This document shows, piece after piece, positions 18,352 to 27,030 of a stretch of 42,655 bases of DNA (its first letter is position 1; the number at the start of each line of letters is the position of its first letter). The notes beneath the pieces are model-generated. The model was not told the origin of the DNA and did not search any database. It saw only the letters and a program-made list of their open reading frames with translations. Source of the stretch: an uncultured Syntrophaceae bacterium (lineage in GTDB: Bacteria; Desulfobacterota; BSN033; UBA1163); contig CAYGWV010000048.1 of NCBI GenBank assembly GCA_964353925.1, positions 1-42,655 on the forward strand. Direction: 5' to 3'. The translations under genes and the position numbers were made by a program.

Positions 18352-19122
18352 TTACGGAATCACTCTAAATTCCACTCTCCTGTTCTTGGCGCGACCCTCC
18401 TTGCTCTTGTTGTCAGCAACGGGTTTTTGGTTTCCATACCCCTTGATACTCATTCGGTCGCCCGGAATGTTGAATTTATCCATGATATACTTCTTAGCAC
18501 TTTCCGCTCTCTTCTCTGAAATCTTTTGCTTGGCTATCTCCGACCCCACTGCATCCGTGTGACCTCCGATTTCAACTTTGATGCCCGGATTGTCCTTCAG
18601 GATCATCGCGTCTCGGTCTAACGCCTTGGCAGCTACAGGATCGATATTCGTCTTGTTCTCGTTAAAGTAGACGTTTTCGAATACCGGAACTGGCTTCGGT
18701 GCTGGAGGCGGAGGCGGCGGTGCCGGTACAGGTGCCGGTGGTGGTGGCGGCGGTGCAGGTGCAGGTGCCGGTGGTGGAGGTGGCGGAGGTGGCGGTGGTG
18801 GCGGTGGTGGCGGAGCCGGTGGTTCACAAGGTGTGAGCTTGAGAGCTTCTAGTGACTTCTCCTTCACAATTCTTGCGTGTCTGTCCAGATCCTCCATCTC
18901 TCTCCAATAGTATTGCATTTCATGATCGGCCAACCCAAGATTGGCCTCTGCTGTCGCATATTGACAAGGTGCACATTTCTTTGCTCCAGCAATGGTGGCC
19001 TTCTGGAAGGCTTCTTTTGCCTCGTTATAGGAGATTACCGTCGCTTTGGGTGTACATCCTGAGGCAATCACTGCTCCCAGGATGAGTAGTAATAAGATCA
19101 TCCATTTCCTGTTCATCTTCAT
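18352..19122 (-). CDS. OmpA-family peptidoglycan-binding lipoprotein with a long proline-rich linker
   Basis: Lipobox LGAVIASGC, about 45 residues of P/A linker, and a C-terminal OmpA domain (GHTDAVGS ... NRRVEF). Confidence 0.85.
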   Translation of the reverse strand: MKMNRKWMILLLLILGAVIASGCTPKATVISYNEAKEAFQKATIAGAKKCAPCQYATAEANLGLADHEMQYYWREMEDLDRHARIVKEKSLEALKLTPCEPPAPPPPPPPPPPPPPPPAPAPAPPPPPPAPVPAPPPPPPAPKPVPVFENVYFNENKTNIDPVAAKALDRDAMILKDNPGIKVEIGGHTDAVGSEIAKQKISEKRAESAKKYIMDKFNIPGDRMSIKGYGNQKPVADNKSKEGRAKNRRVEFRVIP

Positions 19123-19149
19123 AATTCACCCCCTCTCTTCTTTTCTAGA

Positions 19150-19443
19150 CTATTTTTTCTTGATTTCAGCTAATCCAGCTTGGGCGGCAGATTTGGAGCG
19201 TTCTGCAAGTGCTTTGGCTGGCCCAAAATCATTCTGGGAAAATTCAACTTTGGAAACTTCTAAAAACACCTCGGCACTACAGTACTCATAGGGAACTTTT
19301 TTCTCCCCTCCTGCCCCCTTCAGTTCGGAAATCAACTTTTCAGCATTCCCGATCTCCTTCTTGGCGCTGAAATAATTACAGCTGGAAAGAGAGAAGGCAA
19401 AGAAAACGAGAATAAACAAAAATGTGAAATATGTTTTTTTCAT
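19150..19443 (-). CDS. small lipoprotein, helical DUF4398-like
   Basis: ATG 19443 after aaggggg. Signal plus lipobox FSLSSC. Resembles the N-terminal domain of the downstream OmpA-like protein. Confidence 0.6.
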   Translation of the reverse strand: MKKTYFTFLFILVFFAFSLSSCNYFSAKKEIGNAEKLISELKGAGGEKKVPYEYCSAEVFLEVSKVEFSQNDFGPAKALAERSKSAAQAGLAEIKKK

Positions 19444-19661
19444 ACAGTCACCCCCTTTCAAGTTTTAAGAAAACAGCCTATCAAGCTTTAATAATATCGA
19501 ACTCATACGAGTTTGTCAAGAATTTTTTTCTTGTGTTTTTTTGTTTTTTCTTGCTGGTAACAGCTAAACTTTATCCGAGGGGGTCTGAGAAATGAATAAG
19601 GAGAACGCTGCATTAGGAGGAAAAAAGATGGCATCTTTGTCTAAGCCTCTGTGCTCGACCC

Positions 19662-19922
19662 TTAGGATTTTTGAGACTTCTTTTCATCAAGGAATTTCCT
19701 CAGACATTCCTTACTGCAGAAATAATAATCTCTTCCCTCCACTTTTTTTCTAACGGCAGTTCGCTTTGCGATATAGGTTTGGCAATAGGGATCTTGAATA
19801 AGTTCTTCGGGCTCAAACCCCCGATTCAATTTTTTGCTCTGCGTGAATATGTCTTTAATAAGGTAGCGAAGGATCGCAGAGAGAAGGAGAAGAAGGAGGA
19901 CAAATAGAATAAATCGGGTCAT
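19662..19922 (-). CDS. membrane-anchored YHS/TRASH-type zinc-finger protein
   Basis: N-terminal TM (FILFVLLLLLLSAIL), then DPYCQTYI ... YYFCSKECLRKF. Start is ATG 19922 or TTG 19958. Confidence 0.6.
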   Translation of the reverse strand: MTRFILFVLLLLLLSAILRYLIKDIFTQSKKLNRGFEPEELIQDPYCQTYIAKRTAVRKKVEGRDYYFCSKECLRKFLDEKKSQKS

Positions 19923-19924
19923 AA

Positions 19925-20002
19925 GCGATTTCTTTTGATTGAAGATTGCAAATTTCAAATTGCAGATTGAAAAATCTGAAATCTTAAATCTAAAATTTGA
20001 AA
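19925..20002. repeat. low-complexity word palindrome (ttgaaat/atttcaa, gattg words)
   Basis: gattgaagattgcaaatttcaaattgcagattgaaaaatctgaaatcttaaatctaaaatttgaaatt. Confidence 0.6.
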
Positions 20003-20488
20003 TTAGAGTTTTTCTACCCCCTGATTCTCCTTGAGATTGTCTAAGAGCTCTTGGATGGTTTTCTTCAAAACGGGATGGATGAGATTTCGATCGATTTCAA
20101 CCAAGGGGATGAGGACAAATTGGCGAGTCTGGATGAGCGGGTGGGGGATGTGGAGCTCCTCGGTGCGAATTTCAATATCATCGAAGAAAAGAATATCCAG
20201 ATCAATCGTTCGGGGTCCCCATCGAAAGGTCTCTGCCCGGCCCAATTGGGACTCGATGGTCTTCAACGTATGGAGAAGTTCAGGGGCTTCTAGATCCGTC
20301 TCGATTTTTATGACCCCGTTGACAAACCAATCCTGGGAAGTATAGCCAACGGGTTGTGTTTTAAAGAGCGAAGATTTTGCTAAAAGCTTGTGCCGGTCGG
20401 TTTTTAAGATTTCAGAAATAGCTTTTTCACAATTGTGTAACTTATCGTCGATGTTTGAACCAATTCCAATATAGGCAATATGTCCCAT
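20003..20488 (-). CDS. folK: 2-amino-4-hydroxy-6-hydroxymethyldihydropteridine diphosphokinase
   Basis: AYIGIGSN ... RWGPRTIDLDILFF ... LHIPHP motifs. Confidence 0.9.
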   Translation of the reverse strand: MGHIAYIGIGSNIDDKLHNCEKAISEILKTDRHKLLAKSSLFKTQPVGYTSQDWFVNGVIKIETDLEAPELLHTLKTIESQLGRAETFRWGPRTIDLDILFFDDIEIRTEELHIPHPLIQTRQFVLIPLVEIDRNLIHPVLKKTIQELLDNLKENQGVEKL

Positions 20489-20518
20489 TCTTATCGGAGC
20501 AAAATGACCTTCTGTTTT

Positions 20519-20707
20519 TCACTTTTTTTCGGAAATCTCTTCAGGTTTTTTGGGAGTGACGTCGATCTCTTCGTCTTTAGTTGACTTTTTGAAGTTTCGG
20601 ATCCCTTTTCCAAGTCCTTCACCGATCTGAGGGAGTTTTCCAGCACCGAAAATGATCAAAATGATGACCAAGATGACGATCAACTCCGGCATTCCTATTC
20701 CAAACAT
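20519..20707 (-). CDS. tatA: twin-arginine translocase TatA/E
   Basis: 62 aa: [40 protein letters not shown]. Confidence 0.9.
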   Translation of the reverse strand: MFGIGMPELIVILVIILIIFGAGKLPQIGEGLGKGIRNFKKSTKDEEIDVTPKKPEEISEKK

Positions 20708-20778
20708 TTTTTCCTCCTTTTGAATGTTATTGAGCCGCCTTCCATACCCATACAGGCAGACCGCAATCAGTTACAATT

Positions 20779-20872
20779 TGGCGGAAGTGCATGGGAATCG
20801 AACCCACCACGGACATCTCTGCCCGTCACTGGATTTGAAGTCCAGGAGGCCCACCAGAACCTGTCCACTTCC
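20779..20872 (-). tRNA. selC: tRNA-Sec (anticodon UCA), CCA encoded
   Basis: Reverse complement: ggaagtggacaggttctggtgggcctcctggacTTCAAatccag ... ggttcgattcc ... cacttccgcca. It has an 8-bp acceptor stem, a long variable arm and the UCA anticodon. Confidence 0.9.
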
Positions 20873-21187
20873 AAAGTATAACCTAATGGATTCTCTTTTT
20901 AAAGTCAAGATAGTTGCATTCATCATTAGTGATTAAAATTTTGCCATGTCAGCAAACAAAAATGGACATATTGACTTCTTCTGGAAGAGTAGATAAAGCC
21001 ACATTTTACATGAATTATCACGATTAAATATCAATAATATTGGGACTCCGCCTGGAATTGAAATAAACTTAGGCATATTTCTTGAATGAATACCATCCAG
21101 AAAACCTTTTCTCATGCTTTAAATTGTTTTAGAATATGCAAGGCAGAAAAACGGGGTTTTTTGCAAAAACAAAAAAGGAGGTAAAGT

Positions 21188-21715
21188 ATGAAAAGATTAA
21201 TTGGCATTTTGATTTCTTTCTCTCTTGTAGCGGCCATGGGTTGCGCCCATAACACTGCGGTTCCGGTCTATACACCGAATGAAAACTGCAAACTCGTCGG
21301 TTTTAAGCCTGGTTTAGAGCCGGGGGGATTTAATGGGATCAAATGGGAGACAGAGGTGTCAACTCTCAAAGAGATGAAATCTTACAGAAAAGACTCGAGC
21401 CATGGGGGCATACATTTTTATTTAAAAGCGGGCGATGGATACAAATTAAGAAATGGGAATCTGATACCCGTTCAATATGGTTTTTGGAGGGAAAAGTTTT
21501 ATGTTGCAATGGTCATGACGGATCAGACCTCCGATTTTGAGTCTTTAAAGGAATCCGTCTTTGAGAAATTCGGGGTGGGGGCAAAGCCATTTATTAACAA
21601 AGAGGAGTATTTATGGATTGGTAGGGATGCAACTATGGCATTGCGATATGATGAAAATTTAAGGAAGGGCACTTATTATATACGATCCCATTCGATGGAG
21701 AAACGGATGGACTAA
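21188..21715 (+). CDS. hypothetical lipoprotein
   Basis: aaggagg RBS, signal peptide plus lipobox VAAMGC. No family recognised. Confidence 0.65.
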   Translation: MKRLIGILISFSLVAAMGCAHNTAVPVYTPNENCKLVGFKPGLEPGGFNGIKWETEVSTLKEMKSYRKDSSHGGIHFYLKAGDGYKLRNGNLIPVQYGFWREKFYVAMVMTDQTSDFESLKESVFEKFGVGAKPFINKEEYLWIGRDATMALRYDENLRKGTYYIRSHSMEKRMD

Positions 21716-21730
21716 GAAAAAAGTGTGGTT

Positions 21731-22560
21731 TTAGACCACCCATGCGGAATATGGGGATGGTTGGAATAGGTTTCGCCTAAGAATGAGGTCTGGCAGCGAT
21801 AAAAGAAATAACCTTTTACGAATGCCGGACCTCAATTTTTGCCTGCAATCCTTATAATGATGTTTTTGATGACTGGAGAATAGGTGAGATTGATCCCGGT
21901 ATGGCCACCCAAGATGACATGGATCCCTTTGGACCCTCTGAGCCAACTCGATATCCTTCGCATAGCCCAGATGGCTCAGGAGAATGATCAAATCGGTTTT
22001 GGGCTTAAGTTCTCTGACCATGGCCTGTGCCGTTTCGAGGGGTGAACGAAAGTTCAATCCCTTTTTCCGAGGGTCAGAAGGACTTGTAAAGAAATCGGGT
22101 AAGAGAAGGCTAAACAGACCAACTCGAAGACCATTGATTTCCTTAATGAGAAAGGTTTGAAAAAGATTTTTGCCGGATGCCTCATCGAGAAGGTTGGAAC
22201 AGACGAATGGGAAGTTAGCCTTCCTCGAAATTTCCAATAGAAATTCCTTCCCTAAGGTTAAATCATCATCCCCAATTCCCATGGCATCGTAACCCATTAA
22301 ATTGAAGCTCTCGATGATGAGATGGGTCTTTCCGGCCATCGCTGTTAACTCGTTTTCTGGAATGGGATTAAGATATTTCTTAAAAAGGAGATCGCCCGCA
22401 TCTGAAACGAGTATTCCCTTTTCACTCTCCCGCAAATCCTTCCCCCACGCTCCTCTTCTGGCCAGACCACCAGCTCGATTCTTCTCCCCTATTGATACTA
22501 TTACTATAGAGAAGCGTGAGAGTCTTAGGCGGAATCTTATTCAGCGAATAGGCATAATGT
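21731..22560 (-). pseudogene. decayed paralogue of the metallophosphoesterase-like gene at 30198..31334
   Basis: By eye about 90% nucleotide identity to 30540-31260. It has a frameshift after AQRVQ, a frameshift at 22487-22490, and has lost the segment encoding IDPCPT-UGA. Confidence 0.8.
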
Positions 22561-22766
22561 TGAGTCTCCAACACCCCGAGTATTAGAGAAGGGTAAGCAG
22601 AAATCTCTTCATCTATATATATTTACCAGAATTGAAAACGCAGTTGCCGAATCGAGATTTAGACCCTGCATTCCGCAGTCCACATTATGCACATTTTGTC
22701 ATTGTTAGTATTTTCAAACTCTTAAATAAGTTTCTTGTTTGAAATGACAAAGCTAACCTCCTTTTA

Positions 22767-22880
22767 TTGATACTTCGACAGCGCCAAGCCCGAACTTTCG
22801 GGACGGGGTCAAAAGCGACGCTCAGTATCAACCCTGAGCAAACCCCGGGCTTTAGACCGGGGAAAGTCAAAGGGTTGATT
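22767..22880. other. unassigned two-domain RNA-like structure
   Basis: Closing helices ttgatact/agtatcaa and atcaaccct/agggttgat. Internal hairpins cccgaa-cttt-cggg and ccccgg-gctttaga-ccgggg. Strand is unresolved. Confidence 0.3.
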
Positions 22881-23136
22881 TTACAAATACCGTCATTGAA
22901 GAAAATACATTTTTTATCCCATTATCTGTTAAAGGTTTTTGAAATATTCTAATCATGTTGATTTTTTCTTAATACCAATTATATCATGGAGGTGTATCCG
23001 TGAAGTGATCCATTTCCACAAGAGGGAGAAAAACGCAGCGCAGAGGGTGAGAAATCAAGAGAAAATTAAAAGGGGACGCATGCAAGACTAAGGCGTCGTC
23101 GATTTTATTTACTACTAAAGGGGGGATATCCTAAAT

Positions 23137-24567
23137 ATGAAAGAGTCAAACCACGAGACCGAGGTTCTCGTTGTGGGTGCGGGACCCGGAGGCTACTCGG
23201 CCGCGTTCCGGGCAGCGGATCTGGGGATGGAAGTTACCCTGGTAGATATGGAGAAACGGCCGGGGGGTGAGTGCCTGTTTCGGGGGTGTATTCCCTCCAA
23301 AACGCTCCTTTATCTGGCCGAGCTTTTGTTCGATGCCCAACGCTCGGGAGAGATGGGCATAAAATTCGATAAACCCCAGATCGATCTCGATAGAATACGG
23401 GCGTGGAAAGATCGGGTTGTCGACAAACTGACCAGTGGACTGCTCACCTTGAGTAAACGACGCAAGGTTCAATTGGTGCAAGGAAGAGCAATCTTCGACG
23501 GGTTTGATCGGGTACGATTAGAGAACTCGGAGGTGAGCCAGATCCTTTTTCGCCATGCCATCATAGCGACCGGATCTTACACAACCCCTTTTCCCAACAT
23601 TCCCTTCGTGAAAGGGAGTCGTATCATGGATTCGGCTGGTGCACTGGAATTACCCGAGATCCCTCGGTCACTGCTCGTACTGGGCGGCGGTTATATTGGT
23701 CTGGAGATGGGTACAATTTACGCGGCTTTGGGAAGTCGGGTCACCGTGGCGGTCCATGGGGATAGACTACTAAGAGGTGCAGATCAGGATCTGACGAATG
23801 TATTGCTTTTCAGATTGAAGGAGATTTTTGAAGCCATTCATTACAATACCAGGGTCTTATCGCTTAAGGAACACAACGAAGGAGTGGATGTCAAATTTGA
23901 GGGAGAGGTGGATAAGACTGAACAAACCTTTGATCGAGTACTCGTTGCGATTGGCCGAAAGCCTAATTCGGGGAAGATCGGCCTGGAGAAAACCAGGGTG
24001 AAAGTGGACGGGCAGGGTTTTGTGGTCGTGGATGAACAGCGCCGCACCACCGATAGCAACATCTTTGCCATTGGGGATGTTGCAGGAGGGCCTCTGCTAG
24101 CTCACAAAGCCTTTCGGGAAGGGAAGGTGGCATCAGAAGTGATCAAGGGAAAGCCGTCGGCCTTTGACGTTCAGGCCATTCCGGCGGTCGTTTATACAGA
24201 CCCTCAAGTTGCCTGGGCGGGTTTAAGGGAGGAGCAGGCTCGAAAAGAGAACCGGAATATAAAGGTGGAGCGATATCTATGGAAATTTTCCAGTCGTGCG
24301 ACCACCATGGGTGTCTCGGACGGGGTCACCAAAATGATCCTCAACCCTGAAACAGGTCGAATACTGGGAGTAGGAATTTGTGGTCGAAACGTAGAGGGGT
24401 TGATCTCAGAAGGCACCCTCGCAATCGAAATGGGAGCTGTTGCTCAGGACCTTGGGCTCACCATTCATCCTCACCCGACCCTTTCAGAAATGATGATGGA
24501 GACAGCGGAACTCTTCACAGGCACTGTCACCCATGTTTTGCCGGAAAAGCATTTGACATCGGATTGA
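23137..24567 (+). CDS. lpdA: dihydrolipoyl dehydrogenase-type pyridine nucleotide-disulfide oxidoreductase
   Basis: VVGAGPGGY, redox disulfide GGECLFRGCIPSK, C-terminal HPHPTLSE. Confidence 0.85.
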   Translation: MKESNHETEVLVVGAGPGGYSAAFRAADLGMEVTLVDMEKRPGGECLFRGCIPSKTLLYLAELLFDAQRSGEMGIKFDKPQIDLDRIRAWKDRVVDKLTSGLLTLSKRRKVQLVQGRAIFDGFDRVRLENSEVSQILFRHAIIATGSYTTPFPNIPFVKGSRIMDSAGALELPEIPRSLLVLGGGYIGLEMGTIYAALGSRVTVAVHGDRLLRGADQDLTNVLLFRLKEIFEAIHYNTRVLSLKEHNEGVDVKFEGEVDKTEQTFDRVLVAIGRKPNSGKIGLEKTRVKVDGQGFVVVDEQRRTTDSNIFAIGDVAGGPLLAHKAFREGKVASEVIKGKPSAFDVQAIPAVVYTDPQVAWAGLREEQARKENRNIKVERYLWKFSSRATTMGVSDGVTKMILNPETGRILGVGICGRNVEGLISEGTLAIEMGAVAQDLGLTIHPHPTLSEMMMETAELFTGTVTHVLPEKHLTSD

Positions 24568-24734
24568 AAGAGCGGTATGGATCTCTCCGTTTGATCACCG
24601 GTGGAACCAGACCCTATCCGCACCCCGCTGAAGGAAAGTCCAATTTGGCCTGAAAAGGAATACCCGATTTATTTGAACAGGGGTTCAAGAATGTGCAAAG
24701 AGTCCGACGGAGAATACTCTTGGATCTTCCGCCC

Positions 24735-25007
24735 TCAAGAGATCTTCCTGGTGAAGTCAAGCCGTTTATCGAGAATGGTACCCGAAATTCTTAATGTTTT
24801 TTCTCGGGAGTGAAGGCCCTTGATGATTTCAATACAAGATGGGGAAATTCCAAATCCCTTAGCGAGGAAACGAATAAGAGCCTCATTCGCCTTTCCCTCA
24901 ACGGGTGGAGCAGTCACTTTCACCTTTATCCCATCCCGACAGGGACCCACCACCTCATTTTTGGACGACTTGGGCTGAAGATAGACTTTAAGGATGGTAT
25001 CTTTCAT
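24735..25007 (-). CDS. yggU: DUF167 (YggU) family protein
   Basis: ORF 24735..25064 trimmed to MKDTILKVYLQPKSSKNEVVG ... PPVEGKANEALIRFLAK. Confidence 0.8.
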   Translation of the reverse strand: MKDTILKVYLQPKSSKNEVVGPCRDGIKVKVTAPPVEGKANEALIRFLAKGFGISPSCIEIIKGLHSREKTLRISGTILDKRLDFTRKIS

Positions 25008-25125
25008 TCCTCTGTACTTAAGCTTGGAGCAGAGCGAACAAGGCGTAGGGTCAAATCCCCCCAACCCCCCTTTTCTAAATGGGGGGGATTATTGATTGCG
25101 TTATTACGCAGGCTGAAACCTGCGG

Positions 25126-25920
25126 CTACAGGTTAACCATGCCGATGAAAGAGAGTTGTCTTCCCGTCCGGCCTTCTTTTCGATACGAAAAGAAGAGATC
25201 GCCATGGCAGTGGGTACAAAGATTGATGCAGCAAATTTGCTCTTCCTCAATCCCTTCTCTCTTCATCTGACCGATATTGATCCGGGCGAGGTCCACCATC
25301 CACTTTCCTGCTCCTCCTGAGGCTGAAAAGGGTTTCCATTCCTGCTGAAATACCTTTTCATCGATTTCATAACAGAAAGGCCCTATGGAGGGGCCTATGG
25401 CGATGAAGAGATCTTTCGATAGGCAGCCGAACTCTTCCTCCATTTTTTTCAAAGCCTTTGCTGTGATGCCGAGGGCGGTCCCTTGCCTTCCGGCGTGGAT
25501 CGCAGCAATCACTTTCTTTTCTTGATCGACAACAAAGATCGGAAGGCAATCTGCGGTGAGAATGCCCAGGAAGATATTAGGAGAATTTGTGATTAGCGCA
25601 TCAAATTCTAAGGGGGAGGGGAGGGGAGTGATTGGTTTTTTCAGAAGAAGGATTTGGTCCTGGTGCATTTGATCGAGGAGGACCAAGCGGCTCGGATCAA
25701 ATCCAGAGGTTTCGGCAATGATCTTCTTATTCTTGGAGACAGATTCCTCCTGGTCGCCGTTCTTGTCGCTCAGGTTGAGCGAATCATAGGGGGAAAGGCT
25801 CACTCCTCCCTGGCGGGTTAGAAAGGCATGCCGCACCCATCTGATTTTGGCGAACTCAGGAATTTCGAAATAAGGAGGGTTGTTCTTTATTTTCAGAGCA
25901 GATTGGTCAAGGGTGTTCAA
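25126..25920 (-). CDS. pgeF: YfiH/PgeF (DUF152) purine nucleoside phosphorylase / laccase-domain protein
   Basis: TADCLPIF, IHAGRQG and CTHC motifs. Confidence 0.85.
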   Translation of the reverse strand: MNTLDQSALKIKNNPPYFEIPEFAKIRWVRHAFLTRQGGVSLSPYDSLNLSDKNGDQEESVSKNKKIIAETSGFDPSRLVLLDQMHQDQILLLKKPITPLPSPLEFDALITNSPNIFLGILTADCLPIFVVDQEKKVIAAIHAGRQGTALGITAKALKKMEEEFGCLSKDLFIAIGPSIGPFCYEIDEKVFQQEWKPFSASGGAGKWMVDLARINIGQMKREGIEEEQICCINLCTHCHGDLFFSYRKEGRTGRQLSFIGMVNL

Positions 25921-25995
25921 TTTATTCTCCGGATGGAATTATGGAATATTGGAATGCTGGAAAATTGGATAAGGGATACTGAAGGCCCATTCTTC

Positions 25996-27030
25996 TTATC
26001 CATGTTTGGCCTTTGACCGCAACCACCCCACCACTTCGTTCATATCTTCAGGGAGGGGGGAAACAAATTTCACCCTTTCTCCACTTTGAGGGTGAGTGAA
26101 TTCTAATCGTCGGGCGTGAAGGGCCTGGCGATTCAATCTCTTTACACACTCTTTCAAAATAGGGTCATGGATCGCCCCGGGTCTACCTTTTCTTCCGTAG
26201 AGAGGGTCTCCCAAAACGGGATGACCAATGGAGGAGAGGTGCACTCGGATCTGATGGGTTCGGCCGGTTTGAGGAAAGATCTCAAGGAGAGTGCAGCACT
26301 CAAATTCCTCCACTTTCTTCCAGCGAGTGACGGCCGCCCTTCCTTTTCTCGTCCGGGTAGACATCCGCTTTCTCTCACTTGGGTGTCTTCCGATGGCCGA
26401 ATCGATTAAGCCTTCGTCAGGGCCGAATCTTCCGTAGGCAATGGCTAAATAGACCTTTTCCACAGTCCGGTTTCCAAACTGTTTGGTCAAATGATGAAAA
26501 GCCTCATCCTCTTTAGCGACAACCATCACACCCGATGTGTCCTTATCCAATCGGTGCACAATCCCTGGCCTTAAGACACCATTAATGCCGGCGAGATCTT
26601 TGCAATGGTAAAGAAGGGCATTGACCAATGTGCCGGAGGGGTTTCCATAAGCAGGATGGACAACCATTCCGGGAGGCTTGTCAATGACGATGAGGAACGG
26701 GTCCTCATACAGGACGGTCAGGGGAAGGGGTTCTGGTTGGAGAGAAAACGATTCAGGTGGGGGGAGGCTTCCTGAAATCCTATCACCCGCTTTTAGATGT
26801 GCACTGGGTTTGGTCGGTTTTTGGTTTAAAAGGATATGATGTCTCTGGATCAAATTTTTTGCGTGAGAACGGGAGAGATTGAGGTCGGCTTCCGAGAGAA
26901 ATTGGTCGAGGCGCCTTCCGTGATCCTTTTCCATGACTTGAATGGAGAAAGATAAGTTCCCCTCCCCCTTCTTTAGCAAAGGGGGGGTGGGGGGATTTTG
27001 GAAGTTATTCTTTATGGAATCTTGTATCAT
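25996..27030 (-). CDS. rluD: 23S rRNA pseudouridine synthase, RluD family
   Basis: S4 domain, HRLDKDTSG catalytic motif. ATGA overlap with the selA stop. The alternative start ATG 26934 would exclude the repeat-encoded PPTPPLLKKGEG segment. Confidence 0.85.
   Translation of the reverse strand: MIQDSIKNNFQNPPTPPLLKKGEGNLSFSIQVMEKDHGRRLDQFLSEADLNLSRSHAKNLIQRHHILLNQKPTKPSAHLKAGDRISGSLPPPESFSLQPEPLPLTVLYEDPFLIVIDKPPGMVVHPAYGNPSGTLVNALLYHCKDLAGINGVLRPGIVHRLDKDTSGVMVVAKEDEAFHHLTKQFGNRTVEKVYLAIAYGRFGPDEGLIDSAIGRHPSERKRMSTRTRKGRAAVTRWKKVEEFECCTLLEIFPQTGRTHQIRVHLSSIGHPVLGDPLYGRKGRPGAIHDPILKECVKRLNRQALHARRLEFTHPQSGERVKFVSPLPEDMNEVVGWLRSKAKHG

Noticed and set aside
18633-18827. His/Arg-rich 64-aa ORF (HRHHRHLRH...).
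   Set aside because: It is an alternative frame of the GC-rich poly-proline linker of the OmpA-like gene.
20779-22600. tRNA-Sec as the integration site of a genomic island (AT-rich 20873-21187, orphan lipoprotein, pseudogene).
   Set aside because: There is no integrase, no direct repeat of the tRNA 3' end, and the tRNA 3' end faces tatA and folK rather than the odd region. I kept only the duplication as a finding.
23137-24567. The lpdA homologue as a mercuric or thioredoxin reductase-like selenium-related enzyme, because of its unusual CLFRGC disulfide and orphan location.
   Set aside because: The C-terminal HPHPTLSE dyad and overall motif order are those of ordinary dihydrolipoyl dehydrogenases. 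There is no extra Cys pair and no UGA.
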